In this document: piece by piece, positions 33,189 to 45,921 of the stretch | Layout of the letters: each line of letters opens with the position of its first letter | Numbering within the stretch: the first letter of the stretch is position 1 | The notes under the pieces: model-generated | Databases searched by the model: none | Seen by the model: the letters and a program-made list of their open reading frames with translations, nothing else | What the model was told of the DNA's origin: nothing | Made by a program: the position numbers and the translations under genes | Source of the DNA: Amphiscolops sp. MND2022 | Taxonomy: Eukaryota | Direction of reading: 5' to 3' | Assembly (NCBI GenBank): GCA_964187785.1 | Contig: OZ076409.1 | Span: 17,982,001-18,046,000 of the forward strand | Length of the DNA stretch: 64,000 nt

Positions 33189-36100
33189 TTATTTATAGAG
33201 TTTTGAGGGTGGTATGATGAGTCTGTAATCCATTTGTGGTTGGCGTCTTAAAGGGTAATGAGTTTTGGTAGTTCTGTCTATTGGAGGAGGATGTATATTA
33301 GGTTGATTTTGAGATATGTGTCGGGGTCTGTCAATAAGGATGTCAGTGTGAGGAGTTCTAATTATTTGTTTGGAAGGTGAGTTGTAAATGGGTTTGATAG
33401 GTGATTGGTTATTTGAGGAAGAAGTTGGACAGTTGTAATTGGATGTATTAGAAGGCATCAGAGTTTGTTGAGATGATTCATCATCTGAAGGTGAGTCATC
33501 AGAGTTAAAGGGGGAAGAATCACTATTTGATGGTTTGTGGAATGTGACATTGAGTAGTATCAGAAAACCGCATGAAACTACGTAAGTGTGGGTACAAAAG
33601 TGGGTCATTTGGGTAGTATGGAATTAAATGGTTTCAATGAACGTGTACTGTAGAGCCATCTTGTGAAAGGAGTTCATAAGTGACATCTGATAATCTGTCA
33701 AGAATTTTGTCTGGTCCTATCCGAAGCGGTTTTAGTTTGTCAGGAAAGTGAACGTGAGAAAAGTTGCGTTTGAGAACAAAGGTTCCAAAAGGGATTGGTT
33801 TACCTGCGTGGTAAGTTTTTGTGATATATGCATGTGAAATGATTTTTTCAGGGTGTTTTCATGGACTGTAGAATATATTTGTAACATAGTGGTTTCTACA
33901 GAGAGAAACCGAAGTGGAATTGGTTTAGACAATGTTCGATAAAGGAAAGGATTCAAATCAGTTTTGTCATAATGGGAGTGTTCTGGAAGTTGAGAGCAGT
34001 ATTGCGAGATACATGTTTTAGTAGTATTACGGTTGAGGTTTAAGTCAAAGGTAAGGGGAATTCTTGGTTGTGTATGAAATACAATTTCGTGAGGAGAAAC
34101 ATTGAGTTCTGTAGGGGGTTGTGAATTATGTGCATAAGCGTACATGTGAACTTGAAAAGCCCAGTCTTTGGGGGTGTCATGAAGAAACATTCAAATGTGT
34201 GTACCAAGATTTCTGTTTTGTATTTCGACAAGACCATTGGTCCAAAGGGAATAAGCTGTTCGGGGGGAGTGTCTAATCCCCATTAGTGTACAAAGATGTG
34301 TCATTTCTTTATTGACATATTCTGATCCGCGATCAGTAACAAAATATATGGGTGGTCCAAATTTATTGATCCAATGATGGAAGAAAGTTTTTATAGAAGT
34401 TTTGGCGTTATTCGATTTGATTGGTACTGTAACTAAGAAATAACTGAAAGCATCACTTATGACATGAACGTAGGATTTGTTGTGCGAAAGAGGATTTATA
34501 GGTCCTTTTGAATTCATGGAGATACGGTAGTTGAAATATGGAGCGTGTTCTGAAAATGATTGTGTTGGAGCAGTTTGAATTTTCATATTGAAGTGTTTTT
34601 TTCTTTGACATTCTATACAGTCATGTATGAAGATTGAGAGCCATTTTTCAAGAAATGGATTGTACTAATGTTGGGAAAATGTATTGTATGTGATTTTTAA
34701 TTCCAGTATGAGAATGTTCATGAAGTTTGTTGAAGACTTCGAAACATACGAAATAGAAGACAAATTCTAATGGTATCACGTATGATATTTGGAGAAGAGG
34801 TTTGATTTATGGTAGGTCACCTACCATAAATCAAACCTCTTCTCCAAAAATCATACGTGATACCATTAGAATTTGTCTTCTATTTCGTATGTTTCGAACA
34901 GTTACTCTACACAGTTACTCTACACAGTTATGTTTCTCTACACAGCAAATACAAATTCACGGTGAATTTGTATTTGTTGTGTAGAGACTAATGAGAATTG
35001 TGGAGTCTTCTATAAAAAGTTGTGAAAAACTTTTGTATTATGCGTGTAAAAAGGGAGTAGCAGTGATGAGTGGTGTGAGGAATTCTGGTTCTCCTTACGA
35101 GTTAACCAGGAATATACAGTTCGGAGAATTGGGTCTGAGATTATTGTTGTTGAAGAGTTTTGAGGTCTAGTGAATAATCGTCTGTAAGGAAGAAGCCTTG
35201 AAAGTAATTTTTGTATTTGAAAAATGAAGTATCATTGAAGGGTATTATTTGTGAGCAATGAGTGGTATGACGTGAGGGTGATTGAACATATATTGCTGAT
35301 GCAACCTCATGAGATGTAGTAGATATTGGTGGGTTAATGCTTGAGTAGGATTGGATTCAGTTTTAACCTGTAAAGAGTTGTCTGATGTAAAGGAGGAGTC
35401 TTGTTTTGGAATTCGGGTAGATATATGTTCTTCATCATCACTTGTAATATCAGTGTCATTGAGTAAAAGAGATTGTTGATGAAGGGATTTGTTGTTCTTT
35501 TTGATGGGTGTTTTGAATTTTGTTGGAAATGGAGTTACAGATTTATATGAAAAGGAGGTTAATGGTTTAACGATAATATAATTGCCTTTATCATTTATTC
35601 GGATGGAAAATTGGTCTGTTCCATAATCAGCAAGTATTGGATGAGAGTCATTTTTTTGGTGTGGTAAAACTTCTTCATGTTTGATTAAGTAATGAACAGG
35701 TTTGAGTGTACTGTCTTGTAAAAAAGCAAAATCGATTTGTGGTGGTAATTGTTTGTGCTTTAATTGGTTAAGTTGAAGTTCAGTTTTTGTAAAAGAACGA
35801 CTTAACATGTCGGCAACAGAGAGGTTTTTTCCAGGAGTGTGGATAATTTTTAATTTGGAAAACTTTGTTAATTGCATTTGTGCACGGTAAAAACGTGGAC
35901 TGAGATTATCTTTTTTTGTAAAGCAGTGTAAGAGGGGTTTGTGATCTGTAAAAACGTGTATTGGGTGTGGAGAACCAATGATGAGAAATTCATATATTTG
36001 TAAAGCGTGTACTATACCAAGGAGTTCTCGATCAAGGGTAGAACGTTTTTTTTCTTGTGGATTTAAAATGCGAGAGTTATACGAGGTAACTTTCATTTTG

Positions 36101-38325
36101 TTTTGTTCATTCAGTTGGAAAAGAACAGCGCCTAGTCCAATAAGTGAAGCGTCTACTGTAATGAAGAATGGATGTTTTGTATTTGGTTTTGTAAGTTCTG
36201 TATCGGAAGTGAGAGATGTTTTAAGTTTTTGAAAAACAGTTTCGTGTTCAACTGTCCATTTCCATGGGGTATTTTCATAAAAAAGATCGTAAAACGGTTT
36301 GAGATTAATATGTAGTTTTTCAACAAATTTTGTATAAATGTTAACTGCACCTATAAAGCACATAAGTGCTACTTTTCCAGTAGGTCAAGGGATTTTGTGA
36401 ATAGCTTCAATTTTTGAGTGAATAGGTTTAATAGTATTATAGCCTATTCCATGTCCAAGGAATTTAACCTTAAGAAGCATGAAAAAGGATTTTTCTGGAG
36501 CCAATTTGAGGTTATGTTTTATACTGATGCAATGGAGTTGCTCTATTAGGTGAAACATATGTTTTTTAGAATTTGATAAAAGTAAAACATCATCTATATA
36601 AACTGAAGCAAAACCTTGTTCTAGGAGAGTTTTAAAGAAAGTTGACATTTGTTTTGTAGAGGAGTTTGGGAGTCCTTTGAGACCATAAAAGCCTCGTATG
36701 AAAGCAACGAGTTTATAGCCAGAAGAGAAACTTGTGAGTTTAATGGTTTCTTCATCAAGAGGTGTGTGTGCAATGCGTACATGAGGTCAATTGCACATTT
36801 GTACTTTTCTGCGCGTGCTAATTGGGGAGCAAGAGGTTCAATAGGCCACGATTCGTCTGATTGTTCAGTGTTTGATTTCAGATGTCGAGCGTCTATTACA
36901 CATTTTATAGAGTCTCCTTTAGGTATGATAATGAGAGGGTTGAGATAAGTTGTGCCATAAACGGGTTTGACTTGTGGAGATGAACCAATTTGTTTTATAA
37001 TGTTAAATTTTTCAAGTTCTTTAAGAAGAACATTGAGTTCATCTATTGAATGAATCGGTACTTTAGAACGACGTTGGGTTACAAGTTGTGCGTTAGGTTT
37101 TCATCGAATTCGAAAGGGAGTTGCAATTTTGTCAACATCATTTTTATGTGTTTCAAAGCATGCTTTGTATTTAAGTAATAAGTTACAAAGTGTAATATAT
37201 TCAGTATCGGTAAGGTCAGAGAATTGGAAGTTGAATTTGTTAATAAATTTGAGATTTTCTGTTGTATATGGTAAAGATGGGAAAACGCGGTTCTTGGATG
37301 TATATGAAGTAGGTTGTACATTATACAATGGAGAAGTTAATTTTGGTAATCATGGTTTGTCATATATGCTTGGTGTAGTGAGAATTGATAAAAGGAGGTT
37401 GTATCATCTTTGTATTGTGAGGAGTAGTTGCTTTGAGGACAATTTCTGTAATTTCAGGATGGTAAGTATGAGTGACATTATGGATTAAAGTGTTAATATC
37501 ATGAACTTGATAATTTCTAGGTTTTTCATTTGAAATAGGAACTTCAATACATCCAATGTGTCCTGTAGGTAGTGTTGCAAATGATTTGTAGAGTTCTGTT
37601 TAAGCGTTGCACATATGTCTTGTTTATCTTCTGTGAAAACTTCTAAAAAGTTGAATGTTGTACGAAATTTAATAGAAAATTAAGTGTGAGGAATAGTTGG
37701 AAGAATTGCTTTTGTGGTGTAGTTTGAAAATGAAATTGTAGTAATTCTTTATTGGAAAGTGGGCAATTTTGGAAGAGATAGGTTTTAAACGTATTTGTGT
37801 TTTAGAATTAATTCTATAAACGTAAGAAAATTATGGGTAATCTTTGGATAATAGTTATGTAAATTTTGTGTAATTTGAATGTGTTTTTGATTGGTGTTTA
37901 AGTTGTAATGTAAAATCTGGTATGTTTATGTTTTGAATAATTTCTTCAAAGAAGGGTGTTCCGAGTATATTGTATTTTATATCTGCTATTGCAAACGGTA
38001 GTTTAAATTGACGAGAATCATCTTCAATGGTTGTATTTAGGGTGACAGTAACATAATGTAGTATAGGTACTTCTGTTTGGTTTGCAACATTAAATGTCTT
38101 TGAAGAGTTTTTTGTATTGTTTTGTTTATTCTTTAGGAGTTTTGCAATTGTAACATATGTAGGATAGTTTAATACTGAAATCGAGACACCACTATCTAGA
38201 AGAAATGATATTTCTAATCTAGATGAGTTTTCACGCTGGATTTGTGTTGATGGTGTATGTATATACAATGAATAGTACCAACTTGTAGGTGTTACAGCAT
38301 TTGCCATTTCAGTTGGATCATACAC
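33189..38325 (-). pseudogene. pol: pol of element C (PR-RT-RH-IN), many frameshifts
   Basis: LLDSGVSIS, VYIDD, ITVDAS...DRELL...FTDHKPL, VTDRGSEY...NGLVE. Confidence 0.93.
34738..34898. repeat. Near-perfect palindrome (80-bp arms, 1-nt spacer) within pol of C
   Basis: 34738-34817 is the reverse complement of 34819-34898 with one mismatch. Confidence 0.95.
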
Positions 38326-38329
38326 ATGT

Positions 38330-41300
38330 ACTTCAAAATTAATTGAGTCTGTTTGGTTTTGTGTTTGAATTGTATTAGATTTGTTCCTTGTATTTGAATG
38401 TGAGCGTGAACTAGAATATCTAGAATCTCGTGGTCTAGAAGGTGGTCTATAGGAAGATGTATTTCTTGTAAAATTGTTGTTATCTCTTGAATAGGAACGT
38501 GATCTATATCGATGACGAGAGTCAAGACTATAAGGAGATCTATGAGAAGATCTGTAGGGAGAACGGTGGGATCGGGAACCTTATTTGTAATGATCATATC
38601 GTGATCGAGTGTATTGTGGAGGAGTAGTGTTTTTGTCATAACTGAATCCATCTCTTGATGTAGAGCGATATCTGTTTTGTGGCTTTGGGTTTTTGTTACA
38701 GTAGTTATTTCGTGATGTACGTCTGCTTCTTCAGCGTGTGTCATATCTTTTTGTTCTATCATTTGATGATGAACGAAGGTACTGAACAAATGATTTTTGG
38801 TGAGATTTTGATCTAGTGTAGGCTACTTTTTTCTTCATCATCTCGTTGTTTTTTGAAACAAGCAGAAATAGAGTGATTTGTACGATGACAGAAGGAACAG
38901 TATTTTTTATATGCAGGTTTATTTTTGTTATTTGGGTCTCGAGGTCGTGTAAACATGAGTTGTTCTTGTTGTGAAGTGTCAAGAGTCTGAATTTGGATTT
39001 GATTTGTAATATAATTTAATTCCAGTGCCAGATCATGTGTTCTAATTTTATCATTTGCGATGTCTTCTGCATCAACAAGTTTCACTAATGTATGAAACGG
39101 AATAGAAGGTTCTAAAACAGTAGAAGTGTGTTTCACTTGTCGTTTATTAGCGAAGTCTTTAGGGTTTTTTGGAAGTCCTTTTGTGAAAATTTCATTACAC
39201 TTCAAATTAATTGAAGATGCATTTTCATTACTCCAGCGTTTTTCAACCAATTGTTGAACTTTAAGTGCAAAATGACGTACTGTTTTGTTATCTTTTTTAG
39301 TTAGATTGAGTGCTTCAACTTGAGCATAGTAAGCATTTTTCTGTGATGAGAATTGTTTTTTGAAAGCTTGTACGAAAGCGTGCCAATCTTGTTTGTATGT
39401 GTCATTTAAACGGATATACCAACTAAGGGCTGTACCTGTTAAAGAACACTGTGTGAAAGCCATTCTCCTAGCGTGCCAAAATTTATATTCGTAATCTGAT
39501 GTAGGTTGTAGGCCTAAGGAGAAAGTTACGCGAGCTTCAATGTGTTGTAAGTATTTTTAGGTGTATAATTATGATCTAAGCCATCGAAGGGTTTTATAGG
39601 TTCAGAGATTGATGTGGAAAAGCTAATATATGTTGGTGGTGTAATAGTAGGTTGAGACATTGTAGACGGAGGATTTGTATTATATGTAGGTATATTAGAA
39701 ACATTGGATGGTATATTTGGTACATTTGCAACAGCTTGTGATTATGTGGTGTTTAAGTAAGGATTAGTTCGAATAGTTGTAGATGGAGGATTAGGTAGTT
39801 GGAATTGAGTGTTATGTAATAAATTGCGTGATATATATGGTTGTTAGTGAAGAGGGAGGGTTTTGAGTATTTTTTGGTTGTTGTTATTTATAGTTGTTTG
39901 CGTGTTATCAGGGTTTGTACTAAGACTATATGATAGAGAATTAGTTGGAATGGTTTGTAAAGGAGGTCTAGTAAAATGTGTGGCAGTAGTGTAGTTATGT
40001 GATGGATTAGATTGAAGAGTATTATTCGTTAATGCAGGTTGAGTATTTTGTGTTTGAGTATTTTGAGCTGGGGTATACGCTGCTGTTGTAACTTCTGATT
40101 GGGTTGTAGGAGTTACGGTTCGATATTGTACTGTATTTGTGATTTGTGTGTTTGACGATCCTTGTTGAGGAGAATTATGTGATGTGATACGAGGAAAATT
40201 TTGTACAGGAAGAGGAGGTGGATCATAATTTGGTTGTTTTGTTTGTTGTGAATGAAGTTCTTGAGTTGCAAGCGTAGCGTATTTGATGTAGATAATGTAG
40301 ATGTAGTATCCTCATGTGGATTAGGAGTAGTGTTATTAGAAGGGGGATTATTTATGTTAGTTTGTATTATGGTGTGAACTGGGATTTGTATAATATTTGA
40401 ATCATCTGTGACAATTTGTGGATCATTCGTAGTTTCTTGAGATAATTCTGATGTGTTTTGTATTGTAGCCGTTTCAGAAGGGTCTGGTATAGTGTTAGAG
40501 TGTGTAGGTTCTTGATCTTGAAATAAATTTGTAATCTCATGTTGATTACTATATGAAGTATCATGTCTTGTATCATGTAGTATCATTTGAAGATTATTTT
40601 TGTCAGGAGACGGTTCGGAAATGAAATTAGGATCAATATATGGGCGGTTGTCAAATGTTTCAGAATGTTCGAAATTAGAATTAGTATCAAAATTGATTAG
40701 TTCAAAATAGGTTGTATTAAATGAAAGAGGGTCTTTATATTGAATATGTTTATTTCTATTTTTAATCATGAATGGTAGCAGTTCGGTTTCGGATAATACT
40801 TGTAGAAAATTAACATAAGCGCTTTAACCTTGGTTTTCCCATATTAATTGATAATTAAATCTGGAAAATTTTAACAGAAAATGGGAAAACATCTTTATTG
40901 GGGTACCATATCTTCGTTAGGGTTAATGTGTTTAAAAAATCTGTATTGAAATTGTTTAATTTGTGCTATATCTTGTTGTAACCAGTAATGAGGGTTATTA
41001 TGTCTTGTAATTGTAGTTTCAAGGTCTGGTACTTCAAAGTATTTATGTTTTTCTCTTAGACTTTCTAGATGAGAAGGGAGGTTTACTGGTATTTCTAGGT
41101 TTTCATTATGTTCTATTTGTTTATCCATATATATACTGAAAACATCTTGTATAGATAAAATTATATTTTGTGGATGGATTGTTCTATAATATGATCCTGT
41201 GTTTATTCCTCCAATTGGGGTAAAAGAAAGTTGAAATGGTTTCTGGGGATCGTACAGGTTCTGTTGTTTTACATCTAATGTAGTATAAATACGAATCACA

Positions 41301-41851
41301 GTGTTCTCGTACTAAATAAAGGAATAGTATGTATATGATAAGGTTCTATTTCAAATGAGAATGGGTTTGTGTATTGATATATGATATTGTGTAAAAATGG
41401 TATTTTATCTTGAGTTGAGGAACGTTTTTGACGCTGTTCTGTAGTTAGTAAAAATGGAGAGGAAGCATTGTAATGTGGTATTTTTAGTTGTTAAAATAAG
41501 TGTGCCATAAAGGGTATATGTGATGTATGATAAGAGATTTCGTATTGAAATTCTAAAAATATGGTAGTATTGTATCTACAAAAACAAATTGTAGAAATAT
41601 TGAAAATGTTGTGCGAGGAAGAAGAGGGAATTTATTGTGGATATATGGTATTAGTGTCGAAAATGTGTGGTATATATTGAGGAGTCCGAAAAGAGGTAGG
41701 ACTATACTTGTAAACATAGGGGGAAGAGTTATTTTCTACGACTTAGGTATAAAAGGTACTAGAAATTTGTCAAAGAAAAGAGCCATACCAGGAATGCAGA
41801 AAGGAACCAAAGAAATATGATGAGTTTAACTACGTCATCAGCAGAACGCAT
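38330..41851 (-). pseudogene. gag: gag region of element C with long N-terminal extension, CCHC knuckle and RS-rich tail
   Basis: PIKPFDG...SLTGTALSWY capsid-like core; CSFCHRTNHSISAC; upstream fragments 40113-40769 and 40895-41299; 5' boundary tentative. Confidence 0.75.
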
Positions 41852-42220
41852 TTATTTATAGAACGAAAAAGTGCTGTATGTGAAGTGGTACTTTGGTTGA
41901 AAAAGTTTTGGTTATTTTAAATATTTATGTAAAATATTTGTATCCGTTAGACTTTGTTTTTAAACAGTTTCGAATGGAAAGCGTACTGAAAATTGTCGAA
42001 AAGTGATGTGTATGAAAAGGAGTATTGCAGTTGTATGTATTGCAGGTGTGCCAATTTTGAAGTTCATCCAAGCGGCTAGAACCAAAGGATTTTTACTAGC
42101 AGGAATCGCCGGGTAGCACTATGAAAAGGCCAACACGTATCGCACGTCTGCGGTTGGAACGGAAGAAGGAAGAAGTAACCAACACGGATTCACTCGAAGG
42201 TGGTTGGAACAAAAATTTTC

Positions 42221-42357
42221 AACTGACAGGAATTACGTTTAGGACGCAGTCAGAACCAAAGAAATGTAACTGACAGGAATTACGTGTGGTACGCAGTCGG
42301 AGCCAAAGAAATGTAACTGACAGGAATTACGTGTTATGACGCAGTCAGAACCATAGC
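42221..42357 (-). repeat. Three tandem 47-bp hairpin-forming repeats in the 5' leader of C
   Basis: Units start at 42221, 42268 and 42315 (AACTGACAGGAATTACGT-n5/6-ACGCAGTCRGA). Confidence 0.9.
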
Positions 42358-42530
42358 AACACGGATCAATTACACTTGAAATTGGTTGCAACGTGGAGTA
42401 AGTAGCTGTGTACTATTAAGAGAGGAGGAGAAACAGTGTGTCAAACAAAGAGATATCGAATGAGGAAGTCAAGAAAAGATGTATAATAAGCGTAAAATTG
42501 ATGTACTAGAGGGAGAGAAAAGCGAATTTT

Positions 42531-42543
42531 GAAGATCGCACCA
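42531..42543 (-). other. Primer binding site of element C (possibly tRNA-Gly-like)
   Basis: TGGTGCGATCTTC begins 2 nt after the LTR-terminal CA; tRNA identity is a guess. Confidence 0.7.
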
Positions 42544-42545
42544 AT

Positions 42546-42999
42546 TGAGCTGTTAAAAATATGTGATATAGTTCTTTTTAGGTCTTTCATGTAGTACGTA
42601 AGAAGTCTTAGATTCTTAACAGCAAGTTCGTCTAGAGTATCAAGTTTACTGAATAGTTAGCTACTTCTAATGTCTCTGAGATCTCAGCTGGATACATTCT
42701 TTTCAGATCGAAACCGTTTCTCAGTTAATACTCGAATTTTCTCCAAGTAGATATAGTCTACAATTTAGTCAATGATTACAATTAGTTATATTGACATGCT
42801 AATAGATTAATAGCGACAACAGTAAGAAGGGTAGGATAGAGTATTCATTACAATGTCACAAGTCATTAGTTAGGTTATGTCCAAATGTCAGAAGTATAGT
42901 CATCTTCAGTTAACTAGAAATGGAATGACATCTATCTCTTTGATTTAGGTTATTTCGAGATATCTAAAAGTTCTTGAGGACATGTATCATGGCATCACA
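42546..42999 (-). repeat. 5' LTR of element C (454 bp)
   Basis: Direct repeat of 25284-25725. Confidence 0.95.
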
Positions 43000-43355
43000 C
43001 ATCAGCGAACAGGAGCAGTTTAAAAAGATGATCACCCTGAATGACCTGTCGAACCGATTTTATATCGAGGAAAAATCAGAACTTTCTGAGGTTTCAAGTG
43101 TTCGTTACCCCGCCATGAATTATGGTTGGCCAAGAATGTTTGCAGTCGCATTGTAATGACACACGGAGTTGAGTTTAAAATTTTTCGAATATTCACCGCA
43201 CGATGTTACAATATCAATAGTCTAAACGATGATCCATTAGTTATTTTCTTCATAACTTAATAAATAATCAGTTCTTTCTTTTCTGATTGAACTTTCAATG
43301 TGAATGAACCGGTTTGAGTTGTCATCATGCAAAAAATTCCTCTTTTAGAACTAAC

Positions 43356-43433
43356 TTGTGCATTGCGTTTGAGCAGGACCGGGGGTGGAAAAGTCTCCGT
43401 ATGTCGCAGTCAATATATAGCTGTACGATGTAC
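43356..43433 (-). CDS. Host gene exon, second half of an FN3-like repeat (GTSYSYILTATYGDFSTPGPAQTQCT)
   Basis: TTCCAG acceptor, GTTAGT donor, phase 1 at both ends; paralogous to the end of exon 45685-45921. Confidence 0.8.
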
Positions 43434-43686
43434 CTGGAATGACAAACTTTTTAATTACTCAATCAAAAAGAAAATTTTGTGATGAGTTTCTGAAGCAAAT
43501 TAAAAAAACAACAAATTGCCAACAAAAAATTCAAGTTTTGATTTTTTAAAAAAGAGTACAACTAACGAAAAACATGAGATTTGGAACTTAACACAGGACA
43601 AACAAATAATTTTTTCATAGTCGACCGTTGGCTTTCAAATTCAAGATGGAAGAACTATTGACGACATCCGGACCCAATATGCCCAC

Positions 43687-43854
43687 CTGCGGTTAGTCCA
43701 GTGTCCGGCGAGGATGGCACAGGAGCAGTTCCATCTCTAACCAATGTGAAAGTAACAGCAGGAGAGGCAGAACCATCATCTGCGTGGGCGGCTTCAGTGT
43801 AGGAGATTTCACTTGCACTCACAGTTGTAAGAGTCAACGTAGGTGCACCCGGTG
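43687..43854 (-). CDS. Host gene exon, first half of an FN3-like repeat (APGAPTLTLTTVSASEISY...GLTA)
   Basis: TTCCAG acceptor, GTGGGC donor, phase 1; paralogous to exon 45685-45921. Confidence 0.8.
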
Positions 43855-44549
43855 CTGGAAAAAATTAACGAGCCAATCAATTTTCAACTTGACTTGATTT
43901 GTGACAACCAAGAAAATGTTCAAATCTAAGATACTATTTGAGCACCAGAATGTTGACAACACTGGAGTTTGAATCAGAATTTAATCAGAATTACAAAAGA
44001 ATTTCTTATTTCAAATTCATTCAAGTTTTAAAAAGTTATGTCAGATGGTATTTTGAAGAGTTTTGCATTTTTTGAGCTTTATTACGCAATATCTAAAACA
44101 CTAAAATTCAGAAGGAAACCTCCCTTGTTCATTTTGTGGCCTCAATTCCGTTTTTTTTTCAGCTTGTAACACTTTTGCTGAAACTTCCTTCTTTAAACAT
44201 GAATAGACAAAAGCAGTTGAAACTCTTTGAAAACAAAATTTCTACAGAGTCCCCTTCTGAGCACTGCAGTATAAACATGTTTTTACCTAACTATTTTAAA
44301 ATAATTGAACAAAAATTTTTGTTATCAACATTATTAACTTAAAAAATTAATAAATTTTCAATTTTACAGTTTTCGAAAATATTATTTCTTTCAAATATTA
44401 AGAAAAATTCAGAAGTTCAGAATAATTTGGTCTCCTTCATTCAAGTTCAATTCACTTTTTACAATCAGGGGTGCAATTCATTTATTACAGAAGTGCCCCT
44501 ATTTAATATTAAAAGAATTCAGAATATCATTTTCGAGCTTAGCACTCAC

Positions 44550-44831
44550 CAGTGAAACAGGTGGTGTCTTCGCTGAACGGACCTGTTTTCACCTCATTGT
44601 TGGCAGTGCAGGTGAAAGAAGCCTTCATTTTGCAGGTACCTGTTTTGGCAGTTCCATCGAGATCAGTGTCTGTTAATACAGTGACGTCATAAGGTTTTGA
44701 GGTAATTCCTGTTGCAATTTCTTTGTCTCCGACGTGGAATGCATACTCTTCATTGGCCACCACGGTCCAGTCAACTGTCACTGACGTACCTGTTGCTCCA
44801 GTCTGACCGAAGTTTGCTGGAGCTTCAGGGT
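44550..44831 (-). CDS. Host gene exon, FN3-like repeat (PEAPANF...VTVDW...CFT)
   Basis: TTTAG acceptor, GTGAGT donor, 282 bp, phase 1-1. Confidence 0.8.
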
Positions 44832-45406
44832 CTAAATAAAACCATGCCTAATGGAAATGGATACAACTGAAGAAAGGTTTCGAACTTGATTGATTGCTTC
44901 AAAATTTTGCACTGTTCAACTCATTCCGCTAGCCACTCAAGCTCCAAAGCCATTTATGTATAAATTGAATTGTTGGAGGCGGGTTTAGTTGATAACGGAA
45001 AACACCAAAGTTCAAACATCAGACATACTGCTGACTGTAAGTATATTACTAACTTTCAAAGGTCATTCTCTTGACTCTGCTGGTTCTCGAGTAAGTATAT
45101 GCCCGGGTTTCCCTCTCATACAAAAACAGGTCAATCATACTCTGCCATCATGCTCACAGTATATTTCCAAGCTGATCATACTCTAGTTATTAACTAAGGA
45201 GTGGCTGAGAACAAATTGAGTGACTATAATTTGTCTTTAACTCCGCTTAGAGCTTAACGGAGTTCTGACCTGCAATGTATCGTTCGCTGATACAAAAGGT
45301 CGAATGTGGCTCTATTGCTCTCAGCCTATAAAGCTGGCTGTTCTCAATATTTGAAAATTTTTGTTTGGGTTGCATGTCACGTCAACCCGCGTTTGGAACA
45401 AAAATT

Positions 45407-45492
45407 TATGATTCCAGGCTGATCATACTCTGGACCATATATGATTCCAGGCCGATCATACTCTGGACCATATATGATTCCAGGCCGATCAT
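45407..45492. repeat. 33-bp minisatellite, ~2.6 copies, intronic
   Basis: TATGATTCCAGGCYGATCATACTCTGGACCATA units at 45407, 45440 and 45473 (partial). Confidence 0.9.
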
Positions 45493-45684
45493 GGCAAGAC
45501 CATAGTAAGGAAATTTGTTTGATTTGTATAGTGCCATAATATGGTCAGATTATGATCGGCTTGGTCGGGAAATCCAGGTGAGCATCCATGTTAACGTACA
45601 TGTTATATACTGTTCGGCTATGAAGTCGTTCGGCCAATGAAAAACAAAAGCATGAATTATTTTTTTTCAAAAATGTTTTCTTAC

Positions 45685-45921
45685 TAGTGCATTGGGATAC
45701 AGTTGTAGTAGTAGAGAAGTCGTGGAATGTTGCTGTTAAAACATAATCATAGGTTTGATGAGGAGCTAGATTCGTCTCGGGGCTCGAAACTTCGCTCCCG
45801 TCCCTTGTTACAACCAATGTTATGTCTGAAGACGCCGGTGAATCGGCCGAGTTGGCACTTGTGGTGAATGAGATCTCAGTGTCACTGACTGTTGTCAGAG
45901 TCAAAACAGGTTCGCCAGGAG
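45685..45921 (-). CDS. Host gene exon, FN3-like repeat (APGEPVLTLTTVSDTEISF...TYDYVLTATF...QCT)
   Basis: TTTCAG acceptor, GTAAG donor, 237 bp, phase 1-1. Confidence 0.8.

Larger units (their letters stand above)
25284..42999 (-). mobile_element. Element C: complete but decayed env-bearing Ty3/gypsy-type endogenous-retrovirus-like element, 17.7 kb
   Basis: TG...CA LTRs; 4-bp TSD CATC (25280-25283 and 43000-43003); gag, PR, RT (YIDD), RH, IN, env and accessory ORFs, all interrupted. Confidence 0.95.

Noticed and set aside
42221..42357. CRISPR-like repeat array
   Set aside because: Units are tandem with only 5-6 variable nt, there are no cas genes and the context is a eukaryotic retroelement leader
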